Assembly: GCA_022750155.1 (NCBI GenBank)
Contig: JAKIWG010000002.1
Span: forward strand, 20,947 to 84,946
Length of the DNA: 64,000 nucleotides
Reading direction: 5' to 3'
DNA from: Thermoplasmata archaeon
GTDB taxonomy: Archaea; Thermoplasmatota; Thermoplasmata; Lutacidiplasmatales; UBA184
Shown here: positions 57,874 to 64,000 of the stretch, one piece after another
Layout of the letters: every line of letters starts with the position of its first letter
How positions within the stretch are numbered: position 1 is the stretch's first letter
Position numbers and translations under genes: made by a program
The notes under the pieces: generated by a model
Seen by the model: the letters and a program-made list of their open reading frames with translations, nothing else
What the model was told of the DNA's origin: nothing
The model's database searches: none

Positions 57874-58617
57874 TTGGACTACGCCGCGTGGGCGCCGTAC
57901 TACGAGCGGATCCGGCTCGAGCTGGGATTCGACCTCGCCCGCGAGCGCTCGAGCGCCGACCGGCTGCTCGAGCTCCTGCCGGCCGACGCGCCGTTGGATC
58001 CGTTGGGGCATCTCCAGGGGTTGGTCCGGGGACGCGACGCCATCGTGGTGGGCCTCGCCCCCCGTTGGGGTGCACCCCCGATATGGGTGCTACCCGCGGG
58101 CCGGACCCACCCGGTCGTGCTCGCCGCCGACGGCGCGGCGAGCCGGTGTCTCGACGCGGGGATCGTGCCCGAGATCGTCGTCACCGACCTCGACGGGCCC
58201 GTGCCCGCCGAGGTGCTGGCGAACTCGAAGGGTGCGGCCGTGGTATTGCACGCTCACGGGGACAATCTCGAGGCATTGGACCGATGGGCGCCCGAGTTCC
58301 ACCGGAACGTCGTGGGGTCATGGGCCGGGAAACCCGAGCCGCGACTCCTCGACGTCGGCGGGTTCACCGACGGTGACCGGGCCGCCTTCCTGGCGAGCGC
58401 GCTCGGCGCGCGTCGAGTGCTCCTCTGGGGATTCGAGTTCGCGAACGTCGACGAGGAGCCCCCCGGGCAACGCCTACGGAAGCTGGCGAAGTTGCGGTGG
58501 GCACGCGAGGTGCTCGGGGTGTTGAGCCGCTCGGGCGCGGCTCCGCTCCTGTGGTGGAGACGGGACGGGGCGATCGTGCCCTATGAGGTCGGGATCAGCG
58601 GGGCATCGACCCAGTAG
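57874..58617 (+). CDS. mptE: 6-hydroxymethylpterin diphosphokinase MptE-like
   Basis: W...YE.I...GFD, AADGA, VTDLDG, HAHGDN, GGFTDGDRA; TTG start. Confidence 0.88.
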   Translation: MDYAAWAPYYERIRLELGFDLARERSSADRLLELLPADAPLDPLGHLQGLVRGRDAIVVGLAPRWGAPPIWVLPAGRTHPVVLAADGAASRCLDAGIVPEIVVTDLDGPVPAEVLANSKGAAVVLHAHGDNLEALDRWAPEFHRNVVGSWAGKPEPRLLDVGGFTDGDRAAFLASALGARRVLLWGFEFANVDEEPPGQRLRKLAKLRWAREVLGVLSRSGAAPLLWWRRDGAIVPYEVGISGASTQ

Positions 58618-60341
58618 ACCGCCTCGGGGCCGTTCTCGTATACCGCGACGAAAGGGGGGGCGTCGAACCAGGCGCTCGCGTTCGCGCTGAGGGGGAGCGC
58701 AGGAGCGCTCGGGTCGAGGGCGACCCCGGTATCTCGCATGGTCTCGTCGACCGCGACGGCGTTGATGGGCAGCAGCTTCGGTAGCGTGTGCGGCGCGTTC
58801 GCGCCTCGTAATTCGTCCATCGCCGCCTTAGGATCCTTTCCCACGAAGAGGGCCGGGGTCGAGTCCCACGTCGCCCGATTCCCGTCAAATCCAAAGATCA
58901 TCGAACTCAGCCGATGGTCCGAAGCGACGACGGCTCCGGCCGGGATCGCCGACCCGACCCACATCCAGAGCGCGGCGTCCTGCGAGGTCAGTCCCTCCTG
59001 GAACCCTCCGAAATCCGATGGGGGTGGGTACACGATCGCGGCGTTGGCGGCCAGCAGGACCACGAGCCCGAGCGAGCCGGCGATCAGTGCCTGCCGGCCG
59101 GAGCGATCGCCCCACCGGGCCACGAGGCGGCCGCCGCCCACGGCGATGAGGAGGCCGACGGGGATGAGCAGGTACTCCGGGTGCCGGGAGGGGAGGATCT
59201 CCGGATTGTTCGTCGAAAGCGCGAACAGGGCGGAGAGCCCGAGCGCGAGGAGCCAGGCGATCGCCAACGGGCCGATGCGGCTCACGGTGACCAGGCGACG
59301 TGTCCCCGAGGCGAGCGGGATGCTCACGAGCAGGGGTGCGAAGAAGACCACGGCGGAAGGCACGGTCGTCTGTGCGGTGGCCGGAAGGGGGACCACGATG
59401 AGGAGCCCCACGCCGAGGAACAATCCGCTCAGGATCACGACCGCATCGCGGAGCAAGCTGCGGTCGCTGGGGAATCCTACGCGCGCCCGGGTCGAGCCCG
59501 CGGACCTTCGGCGCCTCCACCGAATGAGCTGGGCGAGGACGACCATCCCCACGACCGCTCCGCCACCCAGCGCGACCACCACGGCTCCCGCGGGGAGTCC
59601 GTGGGACCCCTCGGAGAGGATCGGAAGGAACGGCGCGGCGTAGGCGCTCCAGTAGGCCAACATCCCGAGGACGAACGCGGTGAGGAAGGCTAGCTCGCGG
59701 GCGGGGAACCTCGTGCTCCACAGCCCCGGCTTCCACAGCTCGAGCAGGACGAACGACCCGAGGGCGCTCGCCAGGAAGAAGTAGCTCGACAGGTGGTGGG
59801 TGACCACGAGCGACGCCGCGGTCAGGGCGAGGGGGAGGTACCAGCGCCGGTCGCGCCGCCCCTCGACGAACATCCAGAGCGCCCCGATCACGAGGAAGTC
59901 CCCGAGGGCGAGGGGCGCCGGATGGGCGAGGGAGAACATCCTCGGCATGAAGACGGAGGCGAACCCGGCGCCCAGGATCGCGACCGAGTCGTTCGGGAAG
60001 AGGCGGCGGAACAGCAGGAACAACGGCAGGACGGACAGGACGGACAGGACCGGGACGATCGTCGTCAACGCGGTGAGCGGGTCGACGCCGAACGCCTGGG
60101 AGCCGGTGGCGGAGAGCAGGAAGATCCCCGGAAAATTCGGGTAGGCGAAGCCCCACCCGAGGTACGACGCACCGGTCGGCACGTGGCCCGTGGAGACGAG
60201 GGCCGATGTCAGATGGTAGTACTCCCCGGTGTCCGAGCCGAAGATCGCGAAGGATAGGCGGGGCTCGAGCGAGAGGAAGACGAGGAGCAGGCCGAGCGAG
60301 AGGAGCCAGCAGAGATGGCCCCGGTCCATCGTCCGCTCCAT
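58581..60341 (-). CDS. Multi-pass membrane protein, GT-C glycosyltransferase-like
   Basis: GSD..EYY, YP.FPG, THHLS after TM segments, many TMs, extracellular C-terminal domain. Confidence 0.65.
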   Translation of the reverse strand: MERTMDRGHLCWLLSLGLLLVFLSLEPRLSFAIFGSDTGEYYHLTSALVSTGHVPTGASYLGWGFAYPNFPGIFLLSATGSQAFGVDPLTALTTIVPVLSVLSVLPLFLLFRRLFPNDSVAILGAGFASVFMPRMFSLAHPAPLALGDFLVIGALWMFVEGRRDRRWYLPLALTAASLVVTHHLSSYFFLASALGSFVLLELWKPGLWSTRFPARELAFLTAFVLGMLAYWSAYAAPFLPILSEGSHGLPAGAVVVALGGGAVVGMVVLAQLIRWRRRRSAGSTRARVGFPSDRSLLRDAVVILSGLFLGVGLLIVVPLPATAQTTVPSAVVFFAPLLVSIPLASGTRRLVTVSRIGPLAIAWLLALGLSALFALSTNNPEILPSRHPEYLLIPVGLLIAVGGGRLVARWGDRSGRQALIAGSLGLVVLLAANAAIVYPPPSDFGGFQEGLTSQDAALWMWVGSAIPAGAVVASDHRLSSMIFGFDGNRATWDSTPALFVGKDPKAAMDELRGANAPHTLPKLLPINAVAVDETMRDTGVALDPSAPALPLSANASAWFDAPPFVAVYENGPEAVYWVDAPLIPTS

Positions 60342-60469
60342 CGCGTCCCTCCCGTGCGGGAGCGGCGTCCCGAGCTATAATCGGGGCGCCCCGGAGCATC
60401 GCGGAGGAGTTCGCGCAAAATTGCGAGCCATACTCATAAATAGGAGGGCCAAGTGGGGCGCCAATCGAG

Positions 60470-60874
60470 GTGATTCCGATTCCTTCGTCGGCCAAGGGGA
60501 AGAAGCCGAAACCGTCGGCGAAGAAACCTCATCCCGCGACGAAGGCCAAGCCCTCGCGACCCGCGGCCCGGCCCCCGGCCCCGCACTCTACGAAGGCACC
60601 GGCCAAGCCCTCGAAACCCTCCCCCAAACCCTCCAAGCCCGTGGGGAAGCCGACCGGCGGTTCGGCCCCCGCCAAGCCCCCCGCGGCGCCGGTCGGTCCC
60701 CCGCGGAGCCCCGACGCGCGGCGCCACGTGCTCTCGCTCTCCTTCCTGCGGGACGGGGACGAGTTCATGGCGCGGCTCGAGACGGATGCCGGCCAGATCA
60801 CCGAGCTGAAGAACCGTTCCCTCGACCAGCTGCTGACGCTCGTCGCCAACGAGCTCGAAGACCTGCTCGAGTGA
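60470..60874 (+). CDS. Pro/Ala/Lys-rich protein with a small globular C-terminal domain
   Basis: About 80-aa PAK-rich N-terminus plus an acidic alpha/beta C-terminus; ATAAATA box upstream. Confidence 0.65.
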   Translation: MIPIPSSAKGKKPKPSAKKPHPATKAKPSRPAARPPAPHSTKAPAKPSKPSPKPSKPVGKPTGGSAPAKPPAAPVGPPRSPDARRHVLSLSFLRDGDEFMARLETDAGQITELKNRSLDQLLTLVANELEDLLE

Positions 60875-61330
60875 TCAGGACCTGCCGCGGCCGAGCGGCG
60901 GGGAGAACGGGCCGTACAGGAGCCCGGACTCGAACACGTAGTGGCGGGCCCGGCCATCGGGCGGGGTGAGCCGTACCAGCTCGGTCGGCGCCGGGGTGAG
61001 CGGGCCGGCGGGGTACTGCTCCTCGACCCACAGGCGGGTGGCCGGAGGGGCGGGGAACCGGCGGACCCGTCCCCCGCGCTCCCGTACCCACAGCTCATCG
61101 TCGGCGATGCGGACGGCCGAGGGCGTTCTTCCGAACGTCAACCAGAGCCCGGCCGCCGCGAGGGCGAGCGTGAGGAGCGATAGGCCGAGCGGTACGAGCG
61201 GGTTGGCCTCGGCGACCGGGACCGGCCCGGTGTAGGAGAGTCCGAGCGTGATGCCGAAGATCGCCGCGAGCGCCCCGCCATACAGGGTGAACAGCCGACG
61301 GGCGCGCCGGAGCGCGGCGTCGTTGCGCAC
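60875..61330 (-). CDS. Two-TM membrane protein with a small soluble domain
   Basis: Two hydrophobic helices followed by a beta-rich region. Confidence 0.55.
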   Translation of the reverse strand: MRNDAALRRARRLFTLYGGALAAIFGITLGLSYTGPVPVAEANPLVPLGLSLLTLALAAAGLWLTFGRTPSAVRIADDELWVRERGGRVRRFPAPPATRLWVEEQYPAGPLTPAPTELVRLTPPDGRARHYVFESGLLYGPFSPPLGRGRS

Positions 61331-61482
61331 GAAGCTCTCCGGAGCCCTCGCCCCGGGGACCCCCGGGGGGGAGGGGGTCGAGACGCGGCGGGAGATTCGT
61401 ACGGGACGGGAGGTCGCCAGGGGAGCCCTCCACCGTGAACCGGGGCCGCAGACCCTTAAACCTGCCGTTCATTTTCGCGCCG

Positions 61483-61893
61483 ATGCCGAGCCGGACGGAG
61501 TATCTGTGGATCGAGACGGAGCGGCGACGCCAATTCGTGAACCTGACCGAGCAGGTCCGCTCCATCGTGCGGGGGAGCGGCGTCCGGGAGGGGATGGCGC
61601 TCGTCTCGGCGATGCACATCACCGCGAGCGTCTTCGTCAACGACAACGAGGACGGGCTCCTTCACGACATCGAGCGATGGGCGGACCGGCTGGCCCCGCC
61701 GGGCGAGTACGAGCACCACCGGACCGGGGAGTCGAACGGGGACGCGCACCTGAAGAACCTGCTGCTCGGCCACCAGGTGGTGCTCCCGGTCACCGCCGGG
61801 GACCTCGACCTCGGACCCTGGGAACAGGTGTTCTACGGGGAGTTCGACGGACAACGGCGCAAGCGCGTCGTGGTGAAGGTCCTCGGGGAGTGA
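61483..61893 (+). CDS. YjbQ / UPF0047 family protein
   Basis: [13 protein letters not shown]...[24 protein letters not shown]. Confidence 0.92.
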   Translation: MPSRTEYLWIETERRRQFVNLTEQVRSIVRGSGVREGMALVSAMHITASVFVNDNEDGLLHDIERWADRLAPPGEYEHHRTGESNGDAHLKNLLLGHQVVLPVTAGDLDLGPWEQVFYGEFDGQRRKRVVVKVLGE

Positions 61894-61902
61894 GCCGCAG
61901 GC

Positions 61903-63015
61903 TCAGGCTTCGAGCGCGGGGTCCATCGCGGCGGGGCCGGCCCGTCCGCTCGGCTGGGGGAGTGGGGTGGAGAGGTCCACCAGCGGGAGCTTCCGGGCGA
62001 TCTCCCGGGCCATCGCACTGCACGAGGAGGGCGGGACCGGCCGCTCCGTGTATCCGGGGAGGGCGAGGTCGTAGGTGACGACCTTCTTCTCGGCGATCGT
62101 CTCCCAGACCGCCCGCCAGACGCGGTCGGCGGCCTCGAGCTCACCGAGGTGTCGAAGCATCAGCTCGACGCAGAGGATCTCGGCCACCGGGTTCGCCTTG
62201 TCCTGACCGGCGTACTTCGGTGCGGAGCCGTGGACCGGCTCGAACACCGCGAGCGAGTCCCCATAGAGCGCGCCCGGGGCGACGCCGAGCCCGCCCGCCA
62301 GGCCCGCGCACAGGTCCGACAGGATGTCCCCGAAGAGGTTCGTCGTGACGATCACGTCGTACTCCTCGGGCTTCTTGACGAGCTGCATGCACATGTTGTC
62401 GACCAGGCGCTCGTCCGACGCGATGTCCGGATAGTGCGTCGCCATTTCCCGGAACGCGCTCTGGAAGAGCGCGCCCGTCGTCTTCATGATGTTCGCCTTG
62501 TGGACGGCGGTCACGCGTCGACGCTTCTCGCGGCGCGCGAGCTCGAAGGCGAACCGGATGATCCGGTCGGACGCCTTTCGCGTGATGACGTTGACCGTCT
62601 CGGCCGCGCTGTGGTCGCGGTCGACCCAATGCTCGACCCCGGAGTAGAGCCCCTCGGTGGCCTCCCGGACGACGATGAGGTTCGTCTGCGGAAACCGGGT
62701 GCCCTCGCCGGCGATCGCCCGGGCCGGGCGCACCGACGCGAACAGGTCGAGCTGCTGACGGAGCGCCACGTTCACCGAGCGGAACCCGCCGCCGATCGGG
62801 GTCGTGATCGGCCCCTTGAGCGCCAGGCGGTTGCGCCGGATCGAATCGAGGACCTCCTCCGGGAGGGGGGTGCCTCGCGCCCGGATCGCCGACTCCCCGG
62901 CCTCGACTACCTCCCAGTCGAAGGAGACGCCCGTCGCCTCCGCGACGAGCCGGGCCGCGCCCGTCACTTCCGGGCCGATCCCGTCGCCCGGAATCAGGGT
63001 GACTCGATGACGCAT
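61903..63015 (-). CDS. Isocitrate/isopropylmalate dehydrogenase family (isocitrate-like)
   Basis: [14 protein letters not shown]...[32 protein letters not shown]. Confidence 0.9.
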   Translation of the reverse strand: MRHRVTLIPGDGIGPEVTGAARLVAEATGVSFDWEVVEAGESAIRARGTPLPEEVLDSIRRNRLALKGPITTPIGGGFRSVNVALRQQLDLFASVRPARAIAGEGTRFPQTNLIVVREATEGLYSGVEHWVDRDHSAAETVNVITRKASDRIIRFAFELARREKRRRVTAVHKANIMKTTGALFQSAFREMATHYPDIASDERLVDNMCMQLVKKPEEYDVIVTTNLFGDILSDLCAGLAGGLGVAPGALYGDSLAVFEPVHGSAPKYAGQDKANPVAEILCVELMLRHLGELEAADRVWRAVWETIAEKKVVTYDLALPGYTERPVPPSSCSAMAREIARKLPLVDLSTPLPQPSGRAGPAAMDPALEA

Positions 63016-63048
63016 GGTCCGACCCGGGCGCCCGAGGGCGGAGGTCGC

Positions 63049-64000
63049 TTAACCGTTTCCTTGCGGGCCGACGCCCGGATTCGCGGGAGACACCGCGGGG
63101 GCGACCGTCCCGGCCCCGCCAATGGCCGGCAGCACGCAGCGCAACACGGCGTCCCGAACTTGCTCCTCGGACGGCTCCGTGGTCCAGACGACCACGACCG
63201 GGTCCCAGGTCTCTTTGGCGATGTCCGCGACCTCGATACGAGCCGGAGGGGTGTCCAGGCGAGGCCCACGGACCGTCGCGCGAACCTGCTCCAGCGTCGC
63301 CTCGAGCTCGGCGATCGTCACGCGATGCGGGACGGTAAAGCGGATCCGCTGGGAGCGCAGGGTCCGCGGAGTCAGGTGTACGACCAGGGCGGTCAGGACG
63401 ACGGAGTTCGGGACCTTTGCGACCCGGCCGGAGTCGAGCTGTATGGTCGTGTAGAACAGGCCGACGTCGAGGACCGTCCCGCTGTAGGCCGGGTACACCA
63501 GCTCGTGCGGGTACGTCGACCCGATGGCCCCGTAGCTCGCCGATACGATCGAGATCCTCTCGTAGGGCCGAAACGGTCCGACGACGATGATTACGAGGCC
63601 GGCGAACATGTTGCCGAGCACGGTTTGGCTGGCGAGGCCGAGGACGACGCCGGCAAGCGCGCTACCGAAGAAGAGGTTCTGGATCGAGACGCCGCTCAGC
63701 CCAAACAGGGCGAAGCCGGCGATGAGGGCGATGAGCACGTTCAACAGGACGCGGACGATGCTCACGCGGCGAGCGGCCCCCTCCGCTTCCATGTACGCCT
63801 GGATCGCGCGGCCGAACGCCCAGGCGAACAGGTAGGCGACCAGGACGATCACGCCGGCTTCGAGGAGCTCGAAGTCCACGTTGGAGACCGGCTGCGGAAC
63901 GAGGCGGGCTCTCGAGGAGACGAGCAGGATCGTGAGCGCGATCCCGGTCAGAATGGTCGCGATGATGTCCCGCAGGAGGGCGGCCCAGACGGTCAGGCGA
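63049..64000 (-). CDS. mscS: Small-conductance mechanosensitive channel (5' end beyond window)
   Basis: GLASQTVLGNMFAGL...PFR, GTV.D.GLFYT, VPNS; the frame stays open to the window end. Confidence 0.88.
   Translation of the reverse strand, partial: RLTVWAALLRDIIATILTGIALTILLVSSRARLVPQPVSNVDFELLEAGVIVLVAYLFAWAFGRAIQAYMEAEGAARRVSIVRVLLNVLIALIAGFALFGLSGVSIQNLFFGSALAGVVLGLASQTVLGNMFAGLVIIVVGPFRPYERISIVSASYGAIGSTYPHELVYPAYSGTVLDVGLFYTTIQLDSGRVAKVPNSVVLTALVVHLTPRTLRSQRIRFTVPHRVTIAELEATLEQVRATVRGPRLDTPPARIEVADIAKETWDPVVVVWTTEPSEEQVRDAVLRCVLPAIGGAGTVAPAVSPANPGVGPQGNG

Noticed and set aside
60027..60050. GGACGGACA tandem repeat
   Set aside because: Lies within a CDS (VLSVLSVL); too short for a CRISPR array or VNTR.
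1..64000. Many long Arg/Gly/Pro-rich overlapping ORFs (e.g. 36420-39305, 51334-53049, 32009-34018)
   Set aside because: Shadow frames of real genes, caused by scarce stop codons in GC-rich DNA; no family motifs.

Overview
Very GC-rich archaeal chromosomal segment. Orc1/Cdc6, GatDE, aIF-1A, Bud32, RPA plus an RPA-associated protein, the ftsZ-secE-spt5-rpl11 cluster, TATA boxes and a TPP riboswitch point to a Thermoplasmata-like euryarchaeon; a soil/peat lineage is my inference. Most of the window is housekeeping: lipA, tmk, beta-oxidation and ETF genes, speB, nnr, pyrF, pdxS, a thiamine ABC transporter, mptE, an IDH-family enzyme and MscS. An accessory-looking block (about 42.6-49.5 kb: secreted proteins, RibD-like reductase, vapBC, a decayed antitoxin, HxlR and an SRPBCC-like protein) lies at the 3' end of a tRNA gene. 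Features the ORF track misses: tRNA-Arg(GCG) with a 34-nt D-loop intron in a relaxed BHB motif; a box C/D guide sRNA directly upstream of a membrane-anchored FKBP gene; a TPP riboswitch; several highly structured intergenic segments; probable CTG-initiated genes. Unusual proteins: Spt5 with a ~179-aa N-terminal extension, a THUMP-less ThiI, a triple Zn-ribbon/RGG protein and an H1-like Pro/Ala/Lys-rich protein. No CRISPR array, rRNA, integrase or transposase was seen. All calls come from reading motifs by eye; no database searches were run.
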